64,000 nucleotides of DNA, taken from the human T2T-CHM13v2.0 reference genome, Homo sapiens. Shown here piece after piece: positions 12,647 through 30,973 of the stretch. The notes below the pieces were generated by a model. The model was not told the DNA's origin. It did no database searches and was given only the letters and a program-made list of their open reading frames with translations. Within the stretch, counting starts at the first letter, position 1. Each line of letters begins with the position of its first letter. The stretch lies in assembly GCF_009914755.1 (NCBI RefSeq), contig NC_060934.1; one strand, given 5' to 3'. The position numbers were made by a program, and so were the translations under genes.

Positions 12647-12863
12647 TACATTATTTTTAATATTGTGGAATATGTTATACCAAGTACCATTTGTTGTTAA
12701 TTAAGCATTTAATTGATTTTGGAAATCCTTATGTTACCTTGAGACCCAGTGTAGCTGATGTTTGTTTCATAATAAAGAAGGTGTTCATGTATAGTGGAGT
12801 TCTCAGGGTTATTCAAAACCAGCCAAAGGGACAGAAGCCCTGTGCTTTAGAAATTTCCAGTTA

Positions 12864-13498
<635 letters not shown>

Positions 13499-13644
13499 AA
13501 AACATACTTTCCTATTTACCAATATGAAGCAACCAACCATAAACCAATACCAAAGCAGAAGCATTTTATAAATGAAGCATAGACTTTGCTGTTAGGGAGG
13601 GTGATTAAAAGGAGAACTTCAAGGCAAGAAATACTTTATACAAG

Positions 13645-14135
13645 TAGTTGCCTTCTTCAGTTGTAAACAACAGAAACCATCTGCAGTAAGTTTAAGTAAA
13701 TGAAATTTATTGAAAAATAGATACATAACCACTCACAGGTTCCCTGGAAGAGCCAGAAAAACAGTCTTAGAAGCAATGGATCCAGGAAGAGTACTCAGAA
13801 CACAGTGGCCTAGTAGAGGGCATGGACACTGAAAAATGCCCTCTGATGCTGGGTTCTGGACTCTACTCTTGGAAATGCCATTACTTCTGTCTCTGGAACC
13901 CCAACGGTATCTGCTTGCACCATGGGTTCTGGACGCATTTGCTTCCGACGCAGTCTTATGGGGCTGCATCTGGTTGCCTAGGTCTGGACTACATCGCCTG
14001 AACCCTAGCTGCCAATGAGGCTGAAAAGAATGTTTCTCTGCAAGGGAGTTAGAGAAAGTCGGAAGGTGCGGACTTGAAAGATAGGGAATTCAAAACACAG
14101 GAAGAGTGTTTAAAGTTGCTGGCTAGCCAAAAAGA
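13645..14135 (-). mobile_element. Ancient MLT1 (M/N/O-like) LTR
   Basis: 'ttcagttgtaaacaacagaaacc...aatttattgaaaa' start and 'gcatctggttgcctaggtctggactacat...ccctagctgc'; highly degenerate. Confidence 0.4.
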
Positions 14136-14151
14136 ATGGAAAATGTCGAAG

Positions 14152-14662
14152 TCACTTCTCAAAGCATGGTGCTAATCATCTGCATCATAATATATCAGGA
14201 TGCTGAAGAAAAATGCAGATTACTGGGCTTTAGCCTCAAATCTTCTTCTTATTATTATTACTTTTTGAGACAGAGTCTCTCACTCTGTCACCCAGGCTGG
14301 AGTGCAGTAGTGCAATCACGGCTCACTGCAGCCTCAAACTCCCTGGCTCAAGAAATCCTCCCTCCTTAGCCTCCTGAGTAGCTATGACTACAGGCATGCA
14401 ACACCACATCCAGCTAATTAAAAAACTTTTTTTGTAGAGATAGGGTCTTGCTATGTTACCCAGGCTGGTCTTGAACTCCTGGGCTTAAACAATCCTCCCA
14501 CCTTAGCCTCCCAAAGTGCTGGGATTATAGGCGTGAGCCGTTGCATCTGGTCATCAACCCCCAAATCTTATGAATTAAAATCTCTGCAGTGGAAGCAGCA
14601 ACCTACATTTTCCGCAGCCTCCTTGGGTGATTGTGATGTGTACTAAAGAGTGAGAACACTCC
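14152..14662. mobile_element. MER5-type hAT relic split by an AluJ
   Basis: 'cttctcaaagcatgg...ctgcatcataat...aaaatgcagattactgggc' resumes after the Alu as 'gaattaaaatctctg...ggtgattgtgatgtgtactaaagagtgagaac'. Confidence 0.65.
14245..14552 (-). mobile_element. AluJ
   Basis: Antisense dimer, 'gctcactgcagcctcaaactccctggctcaag'. Confidence 0.9.
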
Positions 14663-14669
14663 TGCGCAG

Positions 14670-14796
14670 TTTTGTTTTGTGTTTTATTTATTTAAATAGA
14701 GACACCCAAGCTGGGCTTGAACTCCTGGGCTCAAGAAATCCTCCTGCCTTGGTGTCCCAAAGTGCTGGAATTACAGGTGTGAGCCACCGCGCCTGG
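14670..14796 (-). mobile_element. FLAM / left monomer
   Basis: Single monomer; TSD-like tcctgc(gc/aa)agtttt. Confidence 0.8.
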
Positions 14797-15075
14797 TGAT
14801 CCTGCAAAGTTTTTATTTTCAAAAGGACTTTAAAATTTTTATTTTGTTTACTTTTGGAATTGAAAGGAAGACAGCTATACCTTTCTCAGTCAGAGATCAA
14901 AATCTCTGTAACTCTCAATAAGAAAGCCCTCTGCTATGGACTAGAGAAGTGATGAGTGTCCACTCTTCTCTCACAGGAGAAGCATCAGAGGAGGAGTGAG
15001 TATTAGGGTGTGATTAGCATAGACTCTGAAGTGAGATTACTTGAGTTTGAATACACCCTATCTCAATTAGCAGTG

Positions 15076-15916
<841 letters not shown>

Positions 15917-16055
15917 AGGAGATGAGTCAATTAACTTCTTTGTGCTTCAGTTTCTCTGTATATAAAATTGAGAAAACAATTAAATCCACCTCATGGAGTT
16001 TTAATGAGAATTAAACAAGTTTTGATATGTAAAGTACTTAGAAAGCAGCCTGCCT

Positions 16056-16360
16056 GGCCAGGCACAGTGCCCCAATGCCTGAAATTCCATTATTTTGAGA
16101 GGCTGAGGTGGGAGGATTTCTTGAAACCAGGAGTTCGAGACCAGCCTGGGCAACATAGTAAGACCTCATCTTTACAAAAAATAAAATTAGAAAAATTAGC
16201 CAAGTGTGGTGGCTTTTTCCTATAAAAGAGGTTGAGGTAAGAGGACTGCTTGAGCCCAGGAGTTTGAGGCTGCAGTAAGCTATGATTGCACCACTGCACT
16301 CCAGCCTGGGAGACCGAATGAGAACCTTTCTCAAAAAAAAAAAAAAAAAAAAAAAAAAAA
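16056..16360 (+). mobile_element. AluJ
   Basis: Diverged dimer with A28 tail. Confidence 0.9.
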
Positions 16361-16611
16361 GCCTGACTTCTGACTTATAATAAATGTAATTTCAAGAAAA
16401 GAATTAACGGTGAATGAAAAGAAGATCAGAATGACATAAACAGGCAACCCAGAACTCCTTTAGACCTGTAGTAAAATTGTGTTAATTTCATATATCTGAG
16501 GTGGAGCAATTTAAATTGGTAACCGCTGAAATGATAACTTTTTAAAAACATAAAATGAGTTGTACTAATTTTAATTCTCACTATAATTTCAGGCAGACTA
16601 ATGTCAATAAT

Positions 16612-16641
16612 ATCTGTTTAATTACAATGAATTATTTATTC
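16612..16641 (+). repeat. 30-bp doublet, copy 1 (partner 18645-18674)
   Basis: atctgtttaattacaatgaatt(a/g)tttattc, 29/30 identical. Confidence 0.9.
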
Positions 16642-17070
16642 TTAGCCCGTGAATCATTTATTCCTATCATTGCTGAGTTAGGACTCAGAGGCTGAATACC
16701 TGGTTCTGTTTTAAATCTCCCTTTCCCTTAATGAGTGACCTTAGCCAGTTACCTCACTTCTCTCCAAAGACCTAGAAGTTTCCAAATAAACATTTGGAAA
16801 ATAAATAAAGCTGTCAGATATGATACAAATGTTGGTTCTTCCAGTTATTCCGGCACATGGTTGTTTACCAGGCAGATGACCTGTTGGAAATAACAGAACC
16901 GAGAGTCAGAAAATATGACACTGCAGCTCAAATCTGATAAAAATCTCCCCGGGCACTAAAATATCATGGGGATCAGGAGCCAGGAGATGGGCCTTTGCTC
17001 AAGGAGGCATTGGGCAGGATAAAAGGCATCTAAGAGGGCAGGTGACCCTCCCAGGGCCACAGGCACGTAA

Positions 17071-17446
<376 letters not shown>

Positions 17447-17535
17447 TATTTTCCACATATCTTAAAATACCTCAAGCGATTGTATTCACTATCTATTGCT
17501 GCATAAAATATTGCCCCAAAACTTTTTTGAAAAAT

Positions 17536-18272
<737 letters not shown>

Positions 18273-18409
18273 TCATAGTATTGTCATGTATGTAGCTTTA
18301 TGGTCTACTTCTTCACCTTATTCTGAGGATGACTTTAAAACAAGTCCTCGCATACAAGCAGTCTCTAAATGCATTTGCTGTTTAGGAAAACAATGTATCT
18401 AGATGGTCC

Positions 18410-18560
18410 CCTGGCAGAAGAGCTGCAGGAGGAGTAGCTGGGGTCCTGGTGGAAATGCAGAATTGCAGGTTCCACTCCAGACCCACTGATTCAGAATCTG
18501 CATTTTGACAAGGTTCCCTGGTGGTTAGTATGTGTGTTAAAGTTGAGAAGCTCTGTTCTA
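18410..18560. mobile_element. MER5-type hAT relic
   Basis: 'gaaatgcagaattgcaggttccactccagacccactgattcagaatctgcattttgacaaggttccctggtgg...aaagttgagaagc'. Confidence 0.75.
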
Positions 18561-18644
18561 GGACTGTCATTGAAGAGCTGAGAATCACTTGTGTTTCTGA
18601 ACTTTATGCCTGCATCCAAGCACACATGAGAATAATAAAATGAG

Positions 18645-18674
18645 ATCTGTTTAATTACAATGAATTGTTTATTC
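18645..18674 (+). repeat. 30-bp doublet, copy 2 (partner 16612-16641)
   Basis: See copy 1. Confidence 0.9.
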
Positions 18675-18729
18675 ATTGGAAATAACGGCCAGTCTTGCAG
18701 CTCGACATGATATTTGGGAATTTGGAGAT

Positions 18730-18845
18730 CTGTTTTTCTCTGTGTCTCCCTGTCTCTCTGTCTCCCTCTCTCAATCTCTGTCTCTCCCTCTCTCTTTCTC
18801 TTCTCCAGCTCTCTCTCTCTTTCCATTTTTTCTCTATCTCTTTCA
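18730..18845. repeat. CT-rich polypyrimidine low-complexity tract
   Basis: Direct reading. Confidence 0.85.
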
Positions 18846-19682
18846 CCTACATTGACTTTATCGTTTTACTTTTCTATGGAAATGTTGAAACACTTGAGAC
18901 TTGTTTTTGTTTTTCCCCATCACTTGGAGCTGACCCCTTTCATCTTTGATTCAGCCAATTTCCTTCAAAGCTAAATATTAAACAGATCTGTCTTCTGACA
19001 GCTGACCCCAAATAGGGACGAGCAGTGGTCCTGGCCCCAGGGGTGGAGAACTGAGCCGACAAAGGTAGAGGAGAGACAGGATGGAGCCAGTTCCTGTCCC
19101 CCAGGGAAGCCCAAAAGTTGTGTCTAAGCCTACACACAGCCAAACAGCCAATAACCAAACAACCGATAGCTTCTGGAAGGCATTCTTGCAGAAATTCCTC
19201 TTTTGCCAGAGGGTGAAAGGGTTGCTAATTGATTTTGTCTGCCTTTCAGATGGACTCAGAGAGACACAAAAGTTTTAATTCTAACAGAGAGGTAACATTT
19301 TTAGATACTTCACTGTAGAAAAATATTCTGTGTCTCTCATGTGATCTGGAGTTGCATAATGGTATTTTTTGTTTCACCAGCTTGTTATCCTGTTAAGAGA
19401 ATAGCAGCAGTAAATTTAATTACGTAGATCCTTTTCTAAACAACATATATTTCATAAACATATTATTTATTCATAACAAAGAAATAAAAGAAAGCTAACT
19501 CTTCCCAAATGCATTGAGAATCGCTGGTCTCGACTCTCACTGAAGAGATGGGTGAAGATTGCAGTCTTGTGATCTCTGGCCAAGAGATGCCACCTTGTGC
19601 CCTCTTTACCACTTCTGGAGCTTGTGTCTCAGCACAATGTGCTATTGATCTCAAATCCCATATGCTGTATGTCAACAAGTGA

Positions 19683-20481
<799 letters not shown>

Positions 20482-20999
20482 GAGGGAAAAAAGAGAAGTG
20501 ACAGAATACAACTCTAGCCTTATCTTTTCATATCCATAGAGAAAGAGCTCTGTAATGTTATGCAAAATGGCAGAAATGCCAGTTTGTGAAAAGAGACAAT
20601 TGTTTTAACACACACAAAAAAACCTCCTAGTCATTGGGAATGACCAGAGTTTTTAAGAGAAAAAAGTCACAGAAGTCAGAAAGTCTGCCTATAATCCTGA
20701 ATCAAAAAATCTGGAGTCAGAATAAAAAGTTGGTCGGGAAGTATTTGCTTACGTAAAAGAAAAACTGTGAAAAACCTAGGAATTTGGGTTCGCAAAGTCT
20801 TCTTAAGCCCTGTGATTTCAGTTTTGTTCTTCCTTTCTTGTTATTCTGGATTAGAGTGTTATTCTTGTGATTTTTGAAAAATGAAAAATATGGCCTTATA
20901 CTCTTGCCTAATACATGATTTCTGGAAATAAGAGGTGAAAAAGTGAGTTCATTTCTTCTTTAGCCCAACCCTAACCAAGTGTGAGCTAAGGAATTCTAT

Positions 21000-21306
21000 A
21001 TTTTATTTCTATTTATTTATTTTTAAGAGACAGCTTTGCTCTGTTGCCCAGGCTGGAGTGCAGTAGTGGAATCATAGCTCACTGTAACCTCGAACTCCTG
21101 GGCTCAAGTGATCCTCGTGCCCTAGCCTCCTGAGTAGCTGGGACTAGAGGTATGCACCACCATACCCGGTTAAATTTAAAAAGTTTTTTTTTTTTTGTAG
21201 AGACAGAGTCTGGCTACATTGACCAAGCTGTTCTCAAACTCTTAGCTTCAAAAAATCTTCCCACTTTGGCCTCCCAAAATACTTACAGATAGCTACACTC
21301 CTGGCC
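21000..21306 (-). mobile_element. AluJ
   Basis: Antisense J dimer. Confidence 0.9.
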
Positions 21307-21753
21307 GGGAATTCTTAATATGTTTGTAACAGAAGGAAGGAAATTAGGGGCATATTGGGTTTTGTTGTTATAGTTTGTCTGTTTTTTTAATTTAAGCTAT
21401 GCCATAGAGTTTTGTGGACACTATGAAACTTAGGATCATTACTATGTATTTAACAGAGTAAGTGTTCTAACAGCGCAGTGGAGAATAATATTAATAGTTG
21501 TGCACCTCATTTCTGGACAAATCTGACAATAAGCTCATTGGATGAGTAGCAAAATCATAATCTCAGAAATTTCTGAAACAGAAGAGCGTACTATCTTTTG
21601 GAGAATTAACTTCATTCAGAGCTTTCATTTACATTCTTCTTATGTTTTTATTTTGCCTTTATATATTCTTTTGTAATTTACATATTCCTGTACGATCCTA
21701 AAATCTTTCTGAAACAAGCAAGAATATAAATTTATTATTTTGATAAGTGTTAG

Positions 21754-22045
<292 letters not shown>

Positions 22046-22790
22046 AATTTTTACCTAATTTTTTAAAACACAAAGTTATTCTTGTAACCATTGGCATTAT
22101 AACTGTTAGCAAAAAGCAAGGGCTCCTCCTAGTGATACTGCAAGTCAGTGCAGCGTACTAATTCCAGGTGTATTTGTTTTCTTTGTTGTGTAACAAGTTC
22201 ATTATCTTTAGTAAACACACACTGGAAATCTGTTGAATTCAGGGATCAATAATGAAGATGTGTATTTTAGGGAAACTGCAGTAATTCCTTCAGGCCACTA
22301 GGGGCCATTTGACTAAATTCTCTTCCCAGTTCAAAGGAAAGGTCCCCAGTGCACCCCCAGGGAGCAAAAATAAGGACCTCCTCCCATCCTAAAGTGGGAT
22401 ATTCTAAGGGTAGAATCAGGTGCATCATACTCAGCAAATCAGTATTTCTCTAATTTTATTACTTTTTGAAACCTCTTTAAAAGGAAAAAATACATGTGAA
22501 TTCCCCAGTATTGACATGGGAATGGATTACTGTACAATAGTGATGCATGTATAAAATGATTGCTCTGACCATAATTGTCAACAAAAGTCGGTAGAATGAA
22601 AATAAGAAAGCTGATGTCCCTTTCACTACTACCTGCTGTGGTCAAATATTGCTTGCCTACTCTTTATCCTAAAAAAAGAAATGGGGCTAACATCCTACCT
22701 CCCACTTCCACCAAACCCTCCATCCAACAGCAATTTGTCCTCTTATGCAAGGTGAGAAGAATTGCCCCAGTTGTTCTGGAAAAAGTGTTC

Positions 22791-23086
<296 letters not shown>

Positions 23087-25474
23087 AGAAAAGGTGCTCT
23101 TTTCTTTGTCCTTCCCTGCCTTTGTTCGCTTCCTAAGTGGTACCATTCCTGGCCAGGTACACCATTGTCTCTTTGAAGGTAATTAAACAGATTGTATAAG
23201 ATGTCATTAAGTTTTATCACAATTGCACACAAGGACAGACTATTGGACACAACCACCTAAGTACATACGTCCTAGATACTTAGGTGGCCATGAAGCACAG
23301 GTCAGAGTCAGGCCAAGGTTCAGCTGACTGTAGGAAGGCCTCACCTTCCTTTTGATGCGGTTACAAGATGGTTCATTTGCTACCTTGCAGAAATAGCTTT
23401 GAAGAAAAGTACTGTAAGCTGCGTGGTTGTAATTGGATTTAAGTACTGTTGAATATAATATAAAAGTGACGCATCCTCCTAATAATTAAAGTTGTCATCT
23501 CCAGGTTTTATTCAACATTTGAATCATGCTCAAACTTGCAGACTTGACTTAAAGCTTAGATGCTTCATCTCCAAAAGAAGCTGGCCATGGAGTACAACAA
23601 GGAATCTAGTAGCAGTCTGGAGTTTTCCTCTAGAAAGTGCTGTGGTCTCAAAATGCAGTCCTGGGTATCTGGACACAATCCCACAAAGGGTGACTGCTAA
23701 AAAGAAAAGATTTCAGGATTGAGGAACATAGCTCCTTCTTCTAATGCACACTATGTTGGGATGGTGGGATGAAGGCCGAAATTTTCCAGGTTGGAGTCTT
23801 TTGGTGGTTTGTTTGCTAATCCTGTATCTGGAGTTGAGAAGAAACCAAGTTTGAGATTTAGGATGTGGACAGGAGGTAGGAGTTTTGCCCATAAATTACA
23901 ACAGAGTCTGAACCCATGGGGACTGCCAAGAAGACAAAGTGGTCACAATTGGCTTGGGCCCGAAGCCAGGGCCCCTGCAGAGCAGGAGCCCAGTTGGGGC
24001 CTCCTCCCAGAGCCAGTGCAGCTCTGCCTGTGCGTGGATGATAAGCTCTGTGCTGCTTCCTCTGAATCATGAAAACAAACAGACCGGGCCACGATGGAAT
24101 AAATGAAGCTGCAGATGAAAGACATTTTGAAGACGAACATGAATTAGAGGGTTGGAGGGATCTGATTTTGACTTTCACATTCATCTGCCTTCTCCTTTCA
24201 GCAGTGGGGCCAAGGTGGCCGGCCAAGCCACTGGGACTTCTACAAGGGCCTCTGCAGGCAGGAGGCTAGTGAAGACTTAGAGCCTGTAGCGTGGACTCAC
24301 GCTCAGGAGAGCCATGAAGCCGGGGCCTCGTCTGCAGCTTTCTTCATTCACGCTGAGAAAGTTTGTCCTTCCTGCCACCCGTAATTTTCCTGGAGAACTG
24401 AAAATAACAAAACCAGAGGGATATCCACAGAGTCCATAGGTTCCTAGGTTAGTTCTACACGGTCCCCTTCTCCTCCCAGGAACACGAGATGTCAGATTCC
24501 TCAAGATTCCTTTGAGCTCACCCTAAACTGCTCGGGGCAAGAACATCAGTCTGTTTGTCTCTTGAGACCGTCTCTGGCATGTTTATGAAAAGATCACTGG
24601 AGACTCCAGTTTCACAATCAACAATGTACCTAAAAATAGAAAAAAATCTGTTCCAGGATAATTTTGTCTCCGAACAGCAAGATCAACAAAAGATGCCTTC
24701 AGGGAACAAGTGGTCCTTCACTGAAGTCTAACGAAGCTCTGAGCTGATGGGAAGAGGAAGAGGACGTTTGGGAGCCACACCCTCCCCTTGCTCTGAGAGG
24801 CAGTACGGATGAAGCTGTGAACAGTAAATGGTGACTGTGAACCATTCTGACGCCGTCACCTGGGGCTAGGTGGCACTGTTTAATGAACCATCTCTGCGCA
24901 AGGCAAGGCCCAGGGTCTAATTGGTTGGAAAGCTTTGTAGGAAACCCAGAATGCTAGTTGCCAAGACTCTCTTCCCCTAAGTTTTAAAATTCCTAGGTAA
25001 TTCCCTGGAAATGTAATCCGGATGTTCCTGACTCCTGTATATTTAAACCCATCCCACTGTTGTTTCCAAAAGACATTTTATGGATATTCCAGGCGAGTGT
25101 TTTGTCTTTATCCAATCAAGGAATGCCATTAATTAGACTTAAAAAAGTCCACAGGGACTGCTGTGAAATCTAATTCTGTCTTAAGTTTGCTAACTTTTTT
25201 TTCCCTTTTTTCTTTTTCCTCTTTTTTTTTTTTTTTAATTTACTGGCCTTGTTAAATAGTCTAAGAAAACAGGAGAAAGAGTGTAACATAACATAGAGCA
25301 TCCTGGACCTTAGTACCTTCAGGCTGAACCTTGCTTTCTCTGAGCTGGCAAACTGGGATCCCATCAAAAAGCAGTGTCAAAATATGGAGTTTCCAGCAAG
25401 CCAGCTTAGGAAAGGGAGTAGAAGAGAATAAAGTAGAAATCAATATCCATTCCTAGGTTCTTACTGCATTGTAG

Positions 25475-25803
<329 letters not shown>

Positions 25804-25904
25804 TAGGAAGCACTTTCTATTCCAGTTGGTAGATAACAGAGACAGCTTATCCTTGCTATGATATCAGCAGATAACAGATCCCAAAACACAGTGCAGATTC
25901 ATCA

Positions 25905-26250
25905 CGGGGTTTTAAAGTCACAGAGACTTGAATCAAAGTTCTGTCCCCCTCCTCCCATTCCTTAGCTATGTATGTAGGACTTGAATGAGCTACTGGAACT
26001 CTCTGAACCCTGTTGCCTCATGTTTCAAGTGGAGGCAATAATATTTAACTCATCACTTTTAACTAATGTTTATTGAGCACTTACTATGTGCCAGATACTG
26101 TGCTAAGAGCTTTCCACGCATCATTTTATTTTACCCTTATGATTTCCTTATTCTATAGGCATGAGAACTGACACTCACAGCATTCACACAGCATGCCAAG
26201 TGGCAAATCTGGAACACAAACATCGCTCTTTATGACTCCAGAGTTATCAT
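25905..26250. mobile_element. Two MIR fragments in opposite orientations
   Basis: Plus 'ctctctgaaccctgttgcctcatgtttcaagtgg', then minus 'tttattgagcacttactatgtgccagatactgtgctaagagctt'. Confidence 0.65.
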
Positions 26251-26578
26251 CCTGCTGCTGTGAGTATGAAATGGCATAAGACATGTACAGGGTAGGGCTC
26301 ATAGTAGCTACGGAAAAGAACCAACACTAAGAACCTGTCTACTGTGTGCCATACCCTAGATGTGTTTTCCTTTCCAAGGCTGTCATTTTGCTTGTGCATG
26401 CAAGGCTTTTGTGGATGTGACAGTTCTAGTAGAGGATCACAGGGACATGTGCACCTCTGACTAAGATTGTCCTCCTCCACCATGAACACAACTTTCAGAG
26501 GATGTAAGTAGAATGGTAAGTGAGGAAGGAGGCAACCACTCATTAGAGAAATATTTTCCATATCAGTCCTTGAAATGG

Positions 26579-26886
26579 GGCCAGGCACAGTGGCTCACAA
26601 CTGTAATCCCAGCATTTAGGAGGCCGAGGAAGGAGGATTGCTTGAGGCCAGGAGTTTGAGATCAGCCTGGCAACATAGGGAGACTCTGTCTCTATTAAAA
26701 AAAACCTTAAAACAATTAGCTGGGCATGATGGTGCATGCCTGTGGTCCTAGCTACTCAGGAGGCTGATGCAGGAGGATCACTTGAGCCTAGGTGTTCAAG
26801 GCTGCAGTGAGCTATGATGGCACTACTAAACTCCAGTCTGAGTGACAGAGTGAGACCCTCTCTAAAAAAACAAACAAACAAAAAAA
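26579..26886 (+). mobile_element. AluJ
   Basis: J dimer; TSD ttgaaatg. Confidence 0.9.
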
Positions 26887-27669
26887 CTTTGAAATGAATG
26901 GAGCAAAAGATATCTCAGACAGACCCCATACTCTTCCTAAAGGGATTTAGGTATGCCCCATTTCAGCATGAACGTACGTCTAGAAAATACAAAAGGAGGA
27001 AGAATGTTCTGTCCAGTGTTTTATTTGTGCAAATGACGGGATTTCTAAAGCTTTTCAACAACACAACAGTTGGCTGTATTCAAAATCAGCCGATAGTAAG
27101 CAGGTACCTTGTCCTCTAAAGGTTTCTAGAAGGCTACATGGTCTGTATTTGGTCATCCTGATTTAGTTCCCTATTTTTCTGATAGAGAAGGAATGTCGCT
27201 CTCTGTAGAAATATGTGTCCTAAAAGTCCCTTGGCTACTCTGATTGAAAAAAGAAACATGTTTGCAGGACTAAGCTAAGATGTTGAGATAAGAATGAACA
27301 CAGTGGTCACAACAGATAAACAGGAGGAGGAAAGGAGCTGATGAAAATGGGAATGCTTTCTTTTTTTTTTCTGTCTTTACAGTTGCCTTGCAGAGGCGCT
27401 AAACCCCATAACTACGTTTATATTCTGATGATGTAAGACATTGCTTCCAAAGAGATAGCAGTTTCCATAGAGCTGAATCTATGGGAGCACATATTAATCT
27501 CTTTTTTATTTTAGGAGGAAGAGAATCACATCACAGAAAAGTCGTGAAATGATTGAAATGTTCTTTTCTGTTCCCCCAAAGCATCATTAAATGTATGTTT
27601 CAATCTCCTAATATAATCTGATTAACATATATGCTTGACATGATTCATTAGAATAATGACAATGGGAAT

Positions 27670-27870
27670 TTCCAAGGAACACTTATTCTGTGCCAGGGAC
27701 AGTGCTAGCCACTCGACATGAATTATTTCACTTAATCTTCTCAGTAATTTAGTTGAGAAAATTGAGACTCTGATTTTAAGTGATTTTTCTAAGGCCGTGT
27801 ACATAATGCATAGGTTTGAATTCCATGTGTCTTTGACTGCAGAATCCATGCTAGGCCACACCTCCTAGCT
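27670..27870 (-). mobile_element. MIR
   Basis: 'acacttattctgtgccagggacagtgctag...ttgagaaaattgagactctga'. Confidence 0.65.
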
Positions 27871-28197
27871 CTAAAACAGCAATAATATATCATAAGAAAG
27901 GGACCAGGAGATGAAAGGGGGCAGGAATTGGCATCTGCCCAGTACTTGGTCTATATCAGGTACATTACATGTTTTCGCATGCCCAACTTTACATAATTAA
28001 TAAGTAGGTGAGCTAAGATTTAACACCAAATGGATCTGCTTTCATAGTTCACTCATGTTCCCTCAAGTGGACTTTCTGCCTGATTACTTTATGTGAGTTT
28101 AAAAAAATTAAAATAGGTATTAAAGTTAAATTTAGGGACCACCTAATCCTGAAGCTAACCAAAAACAATATTGGGAATTAAACTTAAGACACTGATA

Positions 28198-29088
28198 TCC
28201 TGATTATCTATTGCTGCATAACAAGTTACCCCAAAGTGTGGTGGCTTTAATATAATAATTTATTATTGTTATTATAATCATAATTCTGTGGATGAAAAAC
28301 TCAGGTGGAACACAGTGCAACAGCATGCTTCTTTTCTTCTCTTTCGCTGTTATTTATTTATTTAAGTTTTAACTGACACGTAGTAACTATACATATTTAT
28401 GTGGTAAAGTGTGATGTTTCAATAAAGGCATGCATTGTGCAATGATCAAATCGGGGTATTTAACGTAGTCATCACCACATACATTTATCTTTTCTTTGTG
28501 ATGAGAACATTTCAAAATCCTCTCTTCTAGCTATTTTGAAATATACAACACAATATTATCAACCATAGTCTCCCTACTGTGCAATACAACACCAGAACTT
28601 ATTCCTTCTGTCTAACTGTAACTTTGTACCCACTGACCAACATCTCTGCATGCCTCAGGATGTCTTGCTTCTGCTCAGCAATGTCTGGAGTCTCAGATGG
28701 GAAGACTTGAATGGTTGGGGGCTGAAACAGCTGAAGGCTGGATGGGTATCTCTCTCTTACTCTGCCTTTATCTCTCTCTCTCTCTCTCACTGTCTCTCTC
28801 TCTCCAAAATAGCAAGCTTAGGCTTCCTCACAATATGGCAATCTCAGGTTAGTTGGACATCTTAAACCGCAGCAGAGCTTCAGAGTGTTCCAAGTATTTC
28901 AAGAAAAGGAAGTGACATCTACCAGTCTCTTAAGGCCTGGACCAAGAAACGGATACAGTATCATATTTACCATAGTCTGTTGTTCAAACTAACCAAGGGC
29001 CTACCTAAACTCAAAGGGAGGGAACAGAGACCCCATCTCTTCATGGGAGAAGTATTGAAGAATACGGAGCCATTTTTAATCCACCACT
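28198..29088 (-). mobile_element. MLT1H/I-type MaLR LTR interrupted by L1MA
   Basis: 'tatctattgctgcataacaagttaccccaaa...' through 'gccatttttaatccaccac'. Confidence 0.65.
28332..28647 (-). mobile_element. L1MA 3' end
   Basis: 'tgagaacatttcaaaatcctctcttctagctattttgaaatatacaa...ctaactgtaactttgtacccactgaccaac'; TSD-like gcatgc(t/c)tc. Confidence 0.8.
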
Positions 29089-30649
29089 GCTAAACTTCAA
29101 AATCGCCTAAATATATTAATGTCAGCTGACTCACTAACATCAGTATGATAGGCTACATGTTGAACTGTTTTTTTACCCAGGCATTAACCAAACTTGTCAA
29201 TAACTATTAATATTAGCCTTATTATAGATATAAACCATCATTTGGGCTTTTTTTTTTTTTTACCTATATGTGAAGATCTTAAGGAAGGAATAAAGTAGTA
29301 TTTACTAATAGTTTACCTACTGTCCAAAAACAGTGTGTTTATAATATTTCATTTAATTCTCATAATTACCTTAATGTGTTATGCCCATTTTATAGTTGAG
29401 GAAGTCAAGGCTTAAAGAGATCTAAAGTGGTTTCTAAATATCAGCATTCTTGATGCCTCAAATCGTTTAAACTTTCAGGGTGAATCTTAAAGTTTTTGAA
29501 AATTAAAAAAATTATACATATATATTTTGGGTTGATACATAATGTTTTGCATATTTGATGGTTACATGTAATTTAAATGCAACGTACTCTAGTCCACCTA
29601 AAACTCCATGGATCCAACACCTACGGATTCTTGAACGTGTGTTTCTAAGTTGTCCATTGTTCAAGTTTCCCGTTTCCATTTAATTCTTGATCCATCAGAT
29701 CTTGTCTCTAGCTACAGGTCACCGCTTTCCACCTCACCCCACCCTAAATGTCCCAGCTCCCTTATTCATTAATTCCATAAAACTCCTGTTAATACAGGGC
29801 TTTCTCGAATATACGGATATAAGTTCTGAAGGTTCGAGGGTAATAGCAAGATCACATTCCACTTGACAGAGAAATGATTTTTAAATGAATGTTAGACAAT
29901 GCTGTTTTTAAAAACACCAAGGCCATTTCTGTTGCTGGGAATTTCTTACTGGCTGTTCACTCCCACCACGTGTTATAGGCACCTGATATTGCCTCCAGCC
30001 TGTTAGTCTCTGGAACTACTTATAGCTTCACCTCACTCCACTCCTCTCCTGGCTGCTGCTATAAACTAATATTCTAACAACACTTTTGTGCACAGCAATT
30101 AGGGTCCCTCTTTGTCTTGCCCTGGGCCATTGCAGAAACAGCCTTCACCATCCAAAGAAGTTACTAAAATATTTTTATGCACAATGACACTTCTCTTCCT
30201 TTCTACTGTTATCTGCTAGGGAGAAGGTGATACTGCAACAGTTCATGTAATAGATACGCTTTTGAGTTTAGTTTCAATTACAACGAATACTTTTTAAATC
30301 TAAAATTCACTTAGCAAATAAAATATGCCCTACACATAGTAGATATTTAATAAATAGGTGAAGTGTGAATTAAAGCAGTGCTAATCAGGAGCCATTATGT
30401 TACGTAGTAAAGAAAGCCTCAGTACTTAGTTTCACTGTTTGACCACTAAAGTAGCAAAACAATGAATGAAATTCAATGAGGAAAAACATGAAATTGCATT
30501 AGAATACACAAGGAATGGTTCAGGGAGCCCAATGAAGAATAGTCAATGGCCATAGAATGAAATACAAAAAAAGAGGGCAAGGTCCCCCAAAATTAGTATT
30601 AGTTGGATATTTTTAAGTTTGTTTAATAAATACTTGAAAGAAGATATGC

Positions 30650-30650
30650 T

Positions 30651-30689
<39 letters not shown>

Positions 30690-30973
30690 TAGAGACAGAG
30701 TCTCACTCTGTCACCCAGGCTGGAGTGCAGTGCTGTGATCATAGCTCGCTGCAGCCTCCAACTCTTGGGCTCATGCAGTCCTCCTGCCTGAGACTCCCAA
30801 GTAGCTAGGACTACAAGCACATGCCAACATGCCTGACTAATTTTTTAAATTTTTGTAGAAATTAAGTCTTTCTATGTTGCCCAGGTTAGTCTCAACCTCC
30901 TGGCCTCAAGTGATCCTCCCACTTCAGCCTCCCAAAGTTCTGAGATTACAGGTGTGAACCACTGTGCCTGGCC
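30650..30973 (-). mobile_element. AluJ with (TTTA)n tail
   Basis: TSD aaga(t/c)atgcttta. Confidence 0.9.
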